NCBI GenBank assembly: GCA_038727135.1 | Contig: JAVYWL010000001.1 | Location: 512,001 to 576,000 of the forward strand | Direction: 5' to 3' | DNA: 64,000 nucleotides | Source: Candidatus Bathyarchaeia archaeon | GTDB taxonomy: Archaea; Thermoproteota; Bathyarchaeia; Bathyarchaeales; Bathycorpusculaceae | Shown here: in pieces, positions 19,406-29,660 of the stretch | How the letters are laid out: each line of letters begins with the position of its first letter | Numbering within the stretch: the stretch's first letter is position 1 | Position numbers and translations under genes: made by a program | The notes under the pieces: model-generated | Told to the model about the DNA's origin: nothing | Database searches by the model: none | The model's input: the letters and a program-made list of their open reading frames with translations, nothing else

Positions 19406-20752
19406 GTGAGGCGTATGACTGATTATCCGAAAATTGTTGTAACTCCGCCGGGACCGAAAGCTAGAGAGCTTGTGAAAAAGGATGAGAGGTTCATTTCGCC
19501 TTCCTATGTGCGCTTCTACCCCCTCGTCGTCGAGTCTGGTAAGGGCTGCATAGTTAGGGATGTTGACGGAAACGAGTACATAGACTTTAACTCCGGGCTT
19601 GCGTGCTTAAATGTTGGTCATAACCATCCAAAAGTTATTGAAGCCATAAAAAGGCAGTGTGACCGCTTCCTTCACTATTCGAACACAGACTTCTACTATA
19701 ATGAGGTTGTCGCACTTGCCGAGAGACTTGCCGAAATTACTCCCGGAAATTTTGAGAAGAAGGTTTACTTCGGCAATAGTGGAACTGAGGCTGTTGAGGC
19801 GGCAATTAAGCTGGCTAGGTGGCACACGCGGAAACAGCTTTTCATAGGTTTCATTAACGCCTTTCATGGGCGGACAATAGGCTCCTTGTCCTTTACGGCT
19901 AGCAAGCCAACTCAAAGGCGCTATTTCTTCCCCCTAATGCCAGGGGTAAACCATGTTCCGTACCCGTACTGTTATCGTTGCCCCTTTAAGCAGACCTACC
20001 CCGACTGCCACTATTGGTGTGTTGACTTCATCGACGAGTTTGTTCTGCAAAAGTATGCGCCGCCAGAGGACGTTGCCGCAATTGTTTTCGAGCCTATTCA
20101 AGGGGAGGGCGGATACGTTGTTCCACCGCCAGAATACTTCCAACGCCTAAAGAAACTAGCCGACAAATACGGCATCCTGCTAATAGATGATGAAGTTCAA
20201 TCTGGAATAGGGAGAACTGGGAAATGGTTCGCCATTGAACACTGGAATGTAGAGCCAGACATAATATGCAGTGCTAAGGCTTTGGCTTCTGGACTGCCGT
20301 TGGGCGCAACTATTGCAAAGGCGAAAATAATGGATTGGGTTGGAGGCTCTCACGCCAGCACTTTCGGCGGAAACCCGCTTTCATGCGTTGCGGCAATAGC
20401 CGTCATAGACGCCATTAAAGAAGAGCGACTGCTGGAAAACGCCACCAAGCAAGGAACCTACATCATGAAGAGACTTGAAGAGCTGAAAGAGAAAAGCGAA
20501 ATAGTTGGAGACGTCAGAGGCAAGGGCTTAATGATTGGCGTTGAATTCGTAGAGGACAAGGATAGCAAAAAACCAGCACCCCAAAAAGCAAATGAGATTA
20601 TGCTGAGGTCATGGAAGCGCGGGGTAGCCGTCATCACATGTGGAATTTCAACCCTAAGAATTGTGCCGCCCCTCAACATTACAAGAGAGCTTGTGGATGC
20701 CGGACTAGAAATAATCGAAGATGTTGTAAGGGAAGTTGAAAAGGAGAAGTAG
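19406..20752 (+). CDS. Class III aminotransferase (acetylornithine/4-aminobutyrate type)
   Basis: NSGTEAVE, FHGRT, EPIQGEGG, DEVQSG, AKALASG. Confidence 0.92.
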   Translation: MRRMTDYPKIVVTPPGPKARELVKKDERFISPSYVRFYPLVVESGKGCIVRDVDGNEYIDFNSGLACLNVGHNHPKVIEAIKRQCDRFLHYSNTDFYYNEVVALAERLAEITPGNFEKKVYFGNSGTEAVEAAIKLARWHTRKQLFIGFINAFHGRTIGSLSFTASKPTQRRYFFPLMPGVNHVPYPYCYRCPFKQTYPDCHYWCVDFIDEFVLQKYAPPEDVAAIVFEPIQGEGGYVVPPPEYFQRLKKLADKYGILLIDDEVQSGIGRTGKWFAIEHWNVEPDIICSAKALASGLPLGATIAKAKIMDWVGGSHASTFGGNPLSCVAAIAVIDAIKEERLLENATKQGTYIMKRLEELKEKSEIVGDVRGKGLMIGVEFVEDKDSKKPAPQKANEIMLRSWKRGVAVITCGISTLRIVPPLNITRELVDAGLEIIEDVVREVEKEK

Positions 20753-20768
20753 AGGCTAAAGGCGTTTC

Positions 20769-21197
20769 ATGGAAATTCGAGAATTAACAATAGACCACTA
20801 TGAAGAGCTCATCAACCTTTGGCGTAGGGCAGGTTTACCCTTCAAACCGAAGGGGAGAGACAGCAAAGAAGCCATAGCAAGGCAGATAAGCGCGAACCCA
20901 GAATTTTTCTTGGGAGCTTTCGAAAATGGTAGGCTGATTGGCGCGGTTATTTTAAGTTCTGATGGGCGAAAAGGCTGGATAAACCGGCTGGCAGTAGACC
21001 CAAGTTTTAGGCGCCGCGGCATTGCAAGTGCCTTGGTTGCTGAAGCTGAAAGAGTCTTTTTAAAGCATGGTATCAAAATTTTCTGTGCGCTAGTTGAGGA
21101 TGAGAATGAGGTTTCTAAAAGGCTTTTCAGAAAATGCGGATACATGGAACACCGTGATATAATCTACTTTAGTAAGCGCGAATCCGATGATATCTAG
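20769..21197 (+). CDS. GNAT N-acetyltransferase
   Basis: LAVDPSFRRRGIA acetyl-CoA motif. Confidence 0.9.
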   Translation: MEIRELTIDHYEELINLWRRAGLPFKPKGRDSKEAIARQISANPEFFLGAFENGRLIGAVILSSDGRKGWINRLAVDPSFRRRGIASALVAEAERVFLKHGIKIFCALVEDENEVSKRLFRKCGYMEHRDIIYFSKRESDDI

Positions 21198-21769
21198 AAG
21201 CTGGAAGGCTTCGCTATAACCTCTTTTATTTTTAAATCGAAGAATCTTGCACTGTTTGCTGGTTGTATGCGCAACGCTGTGTCGGCGCCTCTGCCGGTCC
21301 CGGCTATAGCTATGACATCTCTATCAGCCGGTATTAGTCCAGCGTCAGCTGCCATGAGAACAATTTCTACGCATACTTTTGTTCCTTCCCCCATAAGCCT
21401 GAGAACATTGGCGATAAGCTCTAGGGGCTGAAGGGTTCCAAAATCCTTTCGTATGGCTCGCTCAACGCTGCTGAGGGCGTGGGTTCCCGTGAAAATTTTG
21501 CCACCGTTATTTAGAATTTCTTTCTTAAATTCCTCTTTTAGCTCGCTTTCTCCCGGCTTTTGGAAGCCAACATGATGAGTTACAACGACAACGTTGTAGC
21601 CTTTGAAAATTTTTGAGGCTTTTGCACCAGTCTCGCCTGTTGTGGACGCAACAACAATGTCTCTTATGCCTTCCTTTTCTGCGTATTCTTTAACAATTTC
21701 CAGCAGTGTGTCCGTGTTGGCTTTCCCAGCGCTTTTGAAATATGCAGTTTTCCTTTCAATGTAGCTCAT
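21194..21769 (-). CDS. Pyruvate-kinase C-terminal-like protein (MTH1675 type)
   Basis: IVVASTTGETG, VVVTHHVGF, KVCVEIVLMAADAG, GADTA. Confidence 0.85.
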   Translation of the reverse strand: MSYIERKTAYFKSAGKANTDTLLEIVKEYAEKEGIRDIVVASTTGETGAKASKIFKGYNVVVVTHHVGFQKPGESELKEEFKKEILNNGGKIFTGTHALSSVERAIRKDFGTLQPLELIANVLRLMGEGTKVCVEIVLMAADAGLIPADRDVIAIAGTGRGADTALRIQPANSARFFDLKIKEVIAKPSSF

Positions 21770-21787
21770 TTCATCCCAACCTCGTTC

Positions 21788-22320
21788 TTACTCTTTTTGA
21801 GAGGTTTTTCTTAATGGTTTCCTTTTAAGCTCTGTGCCACAAATTTGACATTTACTTAACTTGTAGTCTGAAGGATATTTTCTGTGGCATGCGGGACAAT
21901 ACCTCACCCACTTTAGCGGTTGGCGTATGCCAAAAGTTATAAGGGACGCGAACTCTATGCCCAGGTGTTTAGCCACGTTCTGGATGGAATAGTCGTCTGT
22001 TGCCACTAGCGGTGTGCATCCCTGCATTTTCAACTGCAAAGCTAAAGCCAAAACCTGCACATCTGTCTCAGAAAGCCAAAAGGCATCTCCAACAGCTTCA
22101 GCCGAAGCCTTAACCTCGTCGATGAAAGCTTTTCCAGGCGTCTGAATTTTTAGGCGTCCACTTTCGATGGCTGTTTTAAAGCGTATTCGGGCTATGCGGC
22201 TCCCCGCCACCTCCTCCCTAACCAAGGGAACTGTATACTGCTCCTCGCTTATCGAGAACGGATCGAAGCCAGCCACAAAAGCCGAAGTGTCTAGGACAAT
22301 AACCCTTTTGATGGCGGCCG
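21788..22320 (-). CDS. nob1: Ribosome maturation endonuclease Nob1 (start uncertain)
   Basis: PIN motif VIVLDTSAF upstream of GTG 22276, LSETD, TDDYSIQNVA, C-terminal CPAC...CQICG Zn ribbon. Confidence 0.88.
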
Positions 22321-23169
22321 TTAGATTTTTCCTCCAAACCCGCGGAAGATAAGCCTACCCCTCAAACGGTTGTAGAAGTTTTCCCGAAACCTAATGAAGG
22401 TTGTCGCGTTTTCTGAACGTGTAACTGTTATGCATGGATTTTTAGATTCTAAAACATGCCTATAGGCTCCATCAACAACAACCATAATTCGTTTAGGCCT
22501 TAACACGGTAACCATAATTTTTGAATCACTTGGGAAAACTATTGAGCGTAAAACGCTTAGGGAGCATATGGGCGTTAAAACAAAAGCATCAACATTTGGG
22601 TCTAGAACTGGTCCACCAGCTGAAAGCGAATAACCTGTTGATCCGGTTTGGGTGGCCACCATCAACCCGTCTGCTTGGCAATCTAAAACATGCTCACCAT
22701 TTTTTGAAACTTTAGCGTATAGCAGTTTTACTGGCTCATCTACGGCTATGAGAACCTCGTTTAATGCATCTGGAATTTTTGCGTTATCCGCTGTTATGGC
22801 GAGTTTTGCGCATTTCTCCGTTATATAATCGCCCTTGAGACACCTTTCAACAGCCGTGTAAGCCTCTTTCGGCGTGACTTCTGTCAAAAAACCCCGAACA
22901 CCCATATTTATCGCCAAGATTGGGGGTTCAGGCTTTGGGATTGCAACACATGTCCTTAAAATTGTTCCGTCTCCGCCAATCGTTATTATAAGGTCTGTTT
23001 TCATGTCTTCCAGCGGGCGGAAGTTTCCTCCCTTCTTGACTTTTCCCTTCAACGTTTCTTCGACGTAAACCTCTAAGCCCTTTTTTTCTATGTATGCCGC
23101 TAGGTCTTCTGCAAGTTTTATGGCGTTTCGCTTGTCATAGCGGGCCACTATACCGACGCTTTTGAACAT
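22321..23169 (-). CDS. ppnK: NAD kinase
   Basis: GGDGTIL, LNEV, ADG...TGSTGYSLSAGGP. Confidence 0.95.
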   Translation of the reverse strand: MFKSVGIVARYDKRNAIKLAEDLAAYIEKKGLEVYVEETLKGKVKKGGNFRPLEDMKTDLIITIGGDGTILRTCVAIPKPEPPILAINMGVRGFLTEVTPKEAYTAVERCLKGDYITEKCAKLAITADNAKIPDALNEVLIAVDEPVKLLYAKVSKNGEHVLDCQADGLMVATQTGSTGYSLSAGGPVLDPNVDAFVLTPICSLSVLRSIVFPSDSKIMVTVLRPKRIMVVVDGAYRHVLESKNPCITVTRSENATTFIRFRENFYNRLRGRLIFRGFGGKI

Positions 23170-23261
23170 TTCCCTCCCTTCGACAGCGAAATCTTTAAAC
23201 TCAACTTATATATGGGTGTTGTTTAAAATTGCTGTGGTGAAACGTTTAAGCTGGTGGTAAT

Positions 23262-23654
23262 GTGAGCAAACCCGTGGATGTTGGGAGTCTTCGCGAAGGC
23301 GGATACATTATTGTTGATGGGGAACCATGCCGAATAGTTGAGATAACAAAGTCTAAGCCGGGAAAACATGGCTCTGCGAAGGCGCGGATAGTTGCCATAG
23401 GCATCTTCGACAGCGTGAAAAGAAGCATTGTTAAACCGGTGGATGCAACAGCTGAAGTACCTATAATTGAAAAAAGAAGTGGACAAGTTTTCGCCGTCAC
23501 GCCTACAAGCGTCCAGATTATGGATTTAGAAACTTACGAATATTTGGATGCACCATATCCCGAAGAGGAGGAGCTTAAGGCTAAGCTGGCGCCAGGCGTT
23601 GAAATAGAATACTGGAAGATACTTGGCAAAGTTAAGATTGTAAGAACAAAATGA
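23262..23654 (+). CDS. eif5a: Translation factor aIF-5A
   Basis: SKPGKHGSAK hypusine motif. Confidence 0.96.
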   Translation: MSKPVDVGSLREGGYIIVDGEPCRIVEITKSKPGKHGSAKARIVAIGIFDSVKRSIVKPVDATAEVPIIEKRSGQVFAVTPTSVQIMDLETYEYLDAPYPEEEELKAKLAPGVEIEYWKILGKVKIVRTK

Positions 23655-23685
23655 TCTCGTTTGTTTTACTTTGGGGACTTGCTAG

Positions 23686-23895
23686 TTACCGCCACCACTC
23701 CCAGTCTAACCTTTTAAAGCCTATGTATAGGATTAAGAGGATGACACCCCAGCTTAGGGCTATTGCCGCGGCTTCTAGGATCACGTTTCCGCTTAGGTAG
23801 GTGTAGCTTGCCCAAGCGCTTAGTCCGCATAAGCCTACGAGAATAAGGATGAACATGGCGAATTGTATTGCCCTTTCCGCGGTCAAATGTGTCAC
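23686..23895 (-). CDS. Small two-TM membrane protein
   Basis: Two hydrophobic helices, fills an intergenic gap. Confidence 0.6.
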   Translation of the reverse strand: MTHLTAERAIQFAMFILILVGLCGLSAWASYTYLSGNVILEAAAIALSWGVILLILYIGFKRLDWEWWR

Positions 23896-23974
23896 CGGCT
23901 AAACCTAGTTTTAGGCAGTTTTTGTTTTAAGATTTTTCATTAAGCTTATTTGGCAGTTTTGTCCCTTTAACTTT

Positions 23975-24039
23975 TGAAGCCGATGATGCGAGAAGAGCCG
24001 TCTGAATTGTGACGACGTCTGAGGAGAGCTGAGGCTTCA
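23975..24039 (+). ncRNA. C/D-box guide sRNA
   Basis: 7-bp terminal stem TGAAGCC/GGCTTCA; C-like ATGATG, D' CTGA (24002), C' GTGACGA, D CTGA (24029); two ~13-nt guides. Confidence 0.8.
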
Positions 24040-24486
24040 TTCGATTGGAATTTCATACTCGTGTTTTCTTGGTAAGCGGATTTCTAGTATACCTCTTTTG
24101 AAGCGGATTTCCATTCGGTCCATGTAGACGGGCACCGGAATCCGTGTTTGGCAGTGGAATCTTTGGAACTCGCCTCTGTGGTGGGTTATGCCAAACTCGT
24201 CAAAGCTTATTTTGCGTCGCATTTTCGCCGAAATTTCGATGGTGTCTCTGCTTATGGGTTTAACCTCTATCGTGTTCTGCTCGGCATAGGGCAGATCAAC
24301 AGTCACTATTACTTCGTCGGCTGTTACCATAATATCCCGCAGCGGCTCCATGGTGCATGTCCTACAGTTCCAGCTGGGCCTTTCCATTAGGGTTTCTCTT
24401 ACTCTTTCAGCCCATAATTCAAGGCTTTCAAAATACTCGTCTATTATGTCGAAGATTGAGCGCCTTCTGCGGCTATAATCCGACAT
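24037..24486 (-). CDS. Hsp20/alpha-crystallin small heat-shock protein
   Basis: VTVDLP...IPVPV...FKRGILEIRLPR. Confidence 0.9.
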   Translation of the reverse strand: MSDYSRRRRSIFDIIDEYFESLELWAERVRETLMERPSWNCRTCTMEPLRDIMVTADEVIVTVDLPYAEQNTIEVKPISRDTIEISAKMRRKISFDEFGITHHRGEFQRFHCQTRIPVPVYMDRMEIRFKRGILEIRLPRKHEYEIPIE

Positions 24487-24500
24487 TCTCCATCAGCCTC

Positions 24501-25247
24501 CTAGGAAATGTATAATGGTATGTCGTATTCCTGTGTCTTCCGCATTTTCGCCAGTTCCTGCTGTGTTCTCTTCATCATGTCCCTTGCTTTTAGGCGTATC
24601 TCCTCGCCTTTTTCCAAAAGCTTTGAAACATCCACCTTCACTCCCGTTAAATTCGCAAGTTGTTCTAATGCTTTGGCTGCGGCCTCCGGATCTGGGTAGT
24701 TGAAGAAGCATTGTGCCAAAAGTGTCAAAGCTGGCACTCCGAGGGTGGCGCAGTACTGGAGCATAACCGCTTGGGGGCCGACCATGTAACCTTCCCTCAA
24801 AATTTCTAAACCCTTATCCTGAACCAATTTCAGCATTTCTGGACTTGAGGCTGCTGCGAAAACCTTCAATTCGTCAAGGTCTTGTCTATCTTGAACTGGT
24901 ATGCCGCTTAGTGAAATCATCATTTTAGCCCCTTTGGTTTTTCCCCAGTCGATTAGCGCGTGCATTACTGGGTAGATGAGGTCTTCCCGTAGGGCTGTTT
25001 CTGAAACTGCTAGGAGGATTTGGTGATTTCCAAAAATCCTTATGGGCGAGTGTGGAAGCCCCTCATGCAAGACTATCACTGGGGGCAGAAGCCTTGAATC
25101 CATGTAGGCAACCTCCTCCAACCCAAGCTCTGAAATTAGGTGGGAGGCTGCTATGACTCCGACTAGTCCCACGTCTGGGAAGCCGAAAACCATGACGGCC
25201 CCTTTTGGAATCTCCTTCCTCTCAATAATTTTGATTTCTTCGCTCAA
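24501..25247 (-). CDS. PAC2 family proteasome assembly chaperone
   Basis: GFPDVGLVGVIA, YPDPEAA. Confidence 0.9.
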   Translation of the reverse strand: MSEEIKIIERKEIPKGAVMVFGFPDVGLVGVIAASHLISELGLEEVAYMDSRLLPPVIVLHEGLPHSPIRIFGNHQILLAVSETALREDLIYPVMHALIDWGKTKGAKMMISLSGIPVQDRQDLDELKVFAAASSPEMLKLVQDKGLEILREGYMVGPQAVMLQYCATLGVPALTLLAQCFFNYPDPEAAAKALEQLANLTGVKVDVSKLLEKGEEIRLKARDMMKRTQQELAKMRKTQEYDIPLYIS

Positions 25248-25321
25248 AATTTAACCCTCTTGAAAATGTTCTGTTGGGAAACTGTAAAAAGCTTGCGGCA
25301 AAAGCCTTAACTTAACAAGCT

Positions 25322-27427
25322 TTAAGGGTCGTTAGCCATAAACTGCTCTATTCTGGTGAGTATTTTCTCTATTTGGAAATGAGCCTTCATCTCTTTTTGC
25401 CATTCTTCTGGCAGTTTGCGTTTAAATCTTCCAGCGGCACGCTTGTCCATGATGACTATTATGCCTCTATCTTCTGGGCTGCGTAAGAGTCTCCCGGCTG
25501 ACTGGGCTAGCGCATTTAGGCATGGCATGTTGTTGGCGTATTCTATGGCTTTAGCCCCGAACTTCTCTTTAAAGTACTTGTAGAGGGCTGCTTGAAGCTC
25601 TGTCTTTTTTGGAAACGGCAACCCAACAATAATGACTGCTGAAAGTAGGCTTTTCCCCTCCATTGTCATGTCAACACCCTCGCTTATTTTTCCCCTTGCC
25701 ACGCCGAAGACAACGCAGCTTCCATTTTCCTCTAAAAACTTGAGGACGTCCAGAATCTTTGTTCGCTTTTCTTCTACTAGCAGTGGCTGTTCCAGCTTGA
25801 CTATTTGGGCGATGTCTCTCATTACCTCGTATGATGGGAAGTACACGGCGACTCTTCCGCCAACTTTTTGGATTATTTGGCTGAGGTGGGCTGCTATGCG
25901 CTTCCATTGTATTTCGTTGCGTTTCTCAAACTTTGTCGTAACAGCCTCATCCACAAGTATAAGCCTATTCTCTGGTGGGAAGGGGTTTGGAAGCTCTAGG
26001 CTTTGGCAGCGGCTTCTGTCAAGACCTAAAACATCCATGTAATAGTCCATGTTCCACAAAGTGCCGGACATAAGTATGGTGGAGCGAAGCTCGTTGATTA
26101 TGCCAGCCGCCAATGAGGGGTCAAGGCATTTGATTCCAAGCCTCACACGTTTTTTCTGGTCTCTGTCCACTTCAACTTTAACATATCGCACATAGCTTGA
26201 ACCTGTTAAGCTTACCCAATTGGAGAGAAATTCTACGCAACGTGAGAGATATGATATTGGACTTTTTCCCATCTCGCTTCTTTTGACGCGGATTTGTTCA
26301 CCCTTGTCAGCCAGTTCTTGCAGTAGTGCATCCAGTTTTTCGTGGTTGATTTTGAGTTTCTCGCCTAAGGCATAGGTTAGCGCTTCTCCATCGATTATGT
26401 GTTCAATGTCCAATCCATAGTTTCTGTAAACCTTTTTTCCAAAATTCACCATGATTGTGTATAAGGCTTCTAAAAAGCCCGAGTCGTCGATCTCGAAGTT
26501 TTTAATCTCTTTATGTGCTCTTCTGACAGACCTTGATGAGAGTTCTTCTGAAAATATGCCGCTTGCATAGTATGGGAGGCTGTGAGCCTCATCAAAGACG
26601 CAGTTAATTGCCTTCGTGCGTATTCCGGCTTTTCCCAATATTGAGCCGCGTATAGCGTCCACCAGAATGTAGTTGTAATTGCCTATGACGATGTCTGCGT
26701 AGCGTGTCAGAATCTTTGTAACTTCGTAGGGGCATAATCCCTCGTCGCGGCATATTTCATAGGTTTCCTCTGGCAGTAGGGGTCCAATCTTCTTTATTTT
26801 GCCTACTAGATTGTAGGCTTGCCAGCTTGGCTTCCACCCGTCATATGTTCTTTCATAGTATTCACATGTTTTGCCGAACAAGCCTTCCTTCATGCCCTTG
26901 CAGTAGTAGAGGAAGTCCCGGTAGGCTATGTCCTTAAGCTTGGGGTCTTCGAAGGCATGGGGGCACATTTCCTTCTTGCTCTTAAAGATGGATGCGGCAA
27001 AACTTACGCCACTGTGGTCTTTTATGTTCTTTAGCTCTCTTGAGTAGATTTCAAGCTGATTTTTCGTTCTAGTTAAGGCAATGAGCCTTCCAATAGAAGG
27101 ATTTTGTTCTTTCGCCACGAAAAAGGCTGTTAAAACCGAGATGGATTTTCCAGTGCCGCATGGGGAGCATAGCAAACCAATTCTTCCTTCTTTGAAGGTT
27201 TGGTAGGCGAATTTTATGGCTTTAATCTGGAAGGGGCGGAAACTCTGGTAAGGAAAGAACTTCCTAACTAGATCATCAAAATGTTCTTCATCTTCCTCTT
27301 TTATTGCAGTTTGATGCACCGCTGTTCTTGTCAAAAAGGTTCCACAGCTTCCACAGAAATGGCTCTTCAAATATTCCTCGGCGGTGTAGGTCCTCCCGCA
27401 TCGGCGGCAGATGTAAACTGTTTCCAT
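25322..27427 (-). CDS. xpd: XPD/Rad3-type Fe-S DNA helicase with N-terminal Zn ribbon
   Basis: SPCGTGKS, four Fe-S Cys, DEAH, MSGTL, SEGVD, QSAGRLLR. Confidence 0.9.
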   Translation of the reverse strand: METVYICRRCGRTYTAEEYLKSHFCGSCGTFLTRTAVHQTAIKEEDEEHFDDLVRKFFPYQSFRPFQIKAIKFAYQTFKEGRIGLLCSPCGTGKSISVLTAFFVAKEQNPSIGRLIALTRTKNQLEIYSRELKNIKDHSGVSFAASIFKSKKEMCPHAFEDPKLKDIAYRDFLYYCKGMKEGLFGKTCEYYERTYDGWKPSWQAYNLVGKIKKIGPLLPEETYEICRDEGLCPYEVTKILTRYADIVIGNYNYILVDAIRGSILGKAGIRTKAINCVFDEAHSLPYYASGIFSEELSSRSVRRAHKEIKNFEIDDSGFLEALYTIMVNFGKKVYRNYGLDIEHIIDGEALTYALGEKLKINHEKLDALLQELADKGEQIRVKRSEMGKSPISYLSRCVEFLSNWVSLTGSSYVRYVKVEVDRDQKKRVRLGIKCLDPSLAAGIINELRSTILMSGTLWNMDYYMDVLGLDRSRCQSLELPNPFPPENRLILVDEAVTTKFEKRNEIQWKRIAAHLSQIIQKVGGRVAVYFPSYEVMRDIAQIVKLEQPLLVEEKRTKILDVLKFLEENGSCVVFGVARGKISEGVDMTMEGKSLLSAVIIVGLPFPKKTELQAALYKYFKEKFGAKAIEYANNMPCLNALAQSAGRLLRSPEDRGIIVIMDKRAAGRFKRKLPEEWQKEMKAHFQIEKILTRIEQFMANDP

Positions 27428-27535
27428 TTTTGGGTTTTCACTAACTTTACTAGTGGCTTTCGTAGTAAAAGAGGTTTGCCTAGTTAGGACTTGTGAAAAT
27501 GTTAGGTTTAAGTTCTCTGTAAAGCCATTTATTGA

Positions 27536-28216
27536 TTGAGGCGCATTGGCGTGTCAAGCGAGTTTAAGCCAACGGTTTTCGCCGATATCCGCGAAAGCAT
27601 GGACGTGAAAGACCATTTGAAAGAGCTTGGATGCGAAGTTGTGGAGAAGGCTTTGGCTCCAGCGGACTATGTAGTGGCTGAGGACTACGCCGTAGAAAGG
27701 AAAGAGCTTCACGACTTTTTCCGCTCGGTCTTTGACGGCAGACTTTTTGAGCAGGCTGAGAGGCTTGCAAAAACTTACGAGAACGCGTGCCTTATTGTTG
27801 AAGGAGACGTTGTCAACGCCGTAAAGTATATTCGCACTCCACGAGCCTTCTGGGGAGCACTTTCAAAGGTTATGGCTGACCATAATATCTCGGTGGTGTT
27901 CACCCCCAACGAGGCGCACACAGCCATGTTCTTGTATACATTAGCCAAGAAACTGCAAGAAGAGGAAAGACGAAAAATAGCTGTCAAGCACAAGCCGAAA
28001 ACCTACACGCTGAGACAGAGGCAACTCCTTGCAGTGCAAAGCCTGCCAAAAATAGGTCCGGAAAGGGCAGAAGAACTTTTAAGGCGTTTTGGAAGTGTGC
28101 GCCGCGTTTTCCAAGCCTCAAAGAGGGAGCTGCTGTCCGTTAAGGGACTTGGCGAAAAGACTGTCCAAGCTATAATTGAAGTTTTGGACACAAAATATCC
28201 CGGACTGGAGCAGTAA
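27536..28216 (+). CDS. xpf: Short XPF/ERCC4 nuclease with HhH2
   Basis: ADY...VERK...DGRLFEQ; C-terminal helix-hairpin-helix repeats. Confidence 0.9.
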   Translation: MRRIGVSSEFKPTVFADIRESMDVKDHLKELGCEVVEKALAPADYVVAEDYAVERKELHDFFRSVFDGRLFEQAERLAKTYENACLIVEGDVVNAVKYIRTPRAFWGALSKVMADHNISVVFTPNEAHTAMFLYTLAKKLQEEERRKIAVKHKPKTYTLRQRQLLAVQSLPKIGPERAEELLRRFGSVRRVFQASKRELLSVKGLGEKTVQAIIEVLDTKYPGLEQ

Positions 28217-28286
28217 CGGCTCATGTTATTATCGGCATGTTTAAATGTATTTAAGTGTGTAAGCAGTCTTAAATCTGGAGAACGTC

Positions 28287-29621
28287 ATGGCTTTAGAAAG
28301 GCTTGGCGCTTCGCTTCACGAAGCTTTGAGAAAGCTTTTCAGAGCCGCCGCTGTCGACGAGGCTGCTGTAAAAGAGCTTGTGAGGGACGTGCAACGAGCT
28401 TTACTGCAAGCTGATGTGAACGTTCAACTGGTCTTGGAAATTTCTAAACGCATAGAAGAAAGAGCCCTAAAAGAGAAGGTTCCGCCTGGAATTTCGCGCC
28501 GCGAACATGTCATTAAGGTTGTTTATGAGGAGTTAACACGGTTTCTAGGGGAAAAGCCAGTCCCATTAAAGGTTGAGCCTGGAAAAAGGAAGGTTTTGAT
28601 GCTCGTCGGCATCCAAGGTTCTGGTAAAACCACTGCTGCGGCTAAGCTTGCAAGATACTTCCAGAAAAGGGGCTTAAAACCCGCCTTAATATGTGCTGAC
28701 ACCTATCGTCCAGGCGCCTTTGACCAGCTTCAGCAACTTGCCAACAGAATTAATGTGCCAATTTACGGCGACCCAAAAGCCAAAGACCCTGTTAAAATTG
28801 CTCTCGAAGGTTTGAAGCATTTCAGCGACAAAGACATAGTCATAGTTGACACGGCTGGACGCCACAAGGAAGAACGCGAGCTCATAAAGGAGATGAAGGT
28901 GCTTGAGGAGAAAATCAAGCCAGACGAGGTTATGCTTGTCATTGACGGAACCATTGGTCAGCAAGCCCTTGTGCAAGCCAAAGCCTTCAACGAGGCAACA
29001 TCCATAGGCTCCATACTTGTGACGAAGCTTGACGGCTCAGCCAGAGGTGGAGGCGCCCTGTCCGCTGTTGTAGCCACTGGCGCGCCAATAAAGTTCATAA
29101 GCACTGGCGAAAAGGTTGAGGACATAGAGCCCTTTGTTCCATCTCGTTTTGTTGGCAGGCTCCTAGGCATGGGCGACTTGGAAACTCTCATCGAGAAGGT
29201 TCGGGAAGCCGAAATTAAGGTTCCGGAAAAGAAGGCTAAGGCTATTTTGAGCGGCAAATTCACTTTGACGGATATGTATGAACAGTTTGAAGCCATGAAG
29301 GGCATGGGGCCCTTCCGGAAACTCTTGAAGATGCTGCCTGGCATGTCTTACAATGTGCCTGAAGAAATGCTTGACATGGCTGAGGACAAGCTGGAAAAGT
29401 GGCGGGTCATAATTCAATCAATGACTCCGGCAGAGCGAGAAAACCCCAAAATCTTTAATGCCTCAAGGATTAGGCGTGTGGCGCGGGGCTCTGGAACTAG
29501 CGAGAAAGATGTGAAGGAGCTTTTGAAACAGTATGTTCTCATGCGGAAAATGTTGAAAACATTAAGGAGAAAGAAGAGGCTTCCTTTCTTTGGAAAGGGA
29601 CTGCCCGTTGGCGTAGGCTAA
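28287..29621 (+). CDS. srp54: Signal recognition particle protein SRP54
   Basis: GIQGSGKTT, DTAGRH, TKLDGSARGGG, M domain. Confidence 0.97.
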   Translation: MALERLGASLHEALRKLFRAAAVDEAAVKELVRDVQRALLQADVNVQLVLEISKRIEERALKEKVPPGISRREHVIKVVYEELTRFLGEKPVPLKVEPGKRKVLMLVGIQGSGKTTAAAKLARYFQKRGLKPALICADTYRPGAFDQLQQLANRINVPIYGDPKAKDPVKIALEGLKHFSDKDIVIVDTAGRHKEERELIKEMKVLEEKIKPDEVMLVIDGTIGQQALVQAKAFNEATSIGSILVTKLDGSARGGGALSAVVATGAPIKFISTGEKVEDIEPFVPSRFVGRLLGMGDLETLIEKVREAEIKVPEKKAKAILSGKFTLTDMYEQFEAMKGMGPFRKLLKMLPGMSYNVPEEMLDMAEDKLEKWRVIIQSMTPAERENPKIFNASRIRRVARGSGTSEKDVKELLKQYVLMRKMLKTLRRKKRLPFFGKGLPVGVG

Positions 29622-29660
29622 GGCTTTATCGCGGTAAAGCATACCTAAAAGGAGTCTTTT

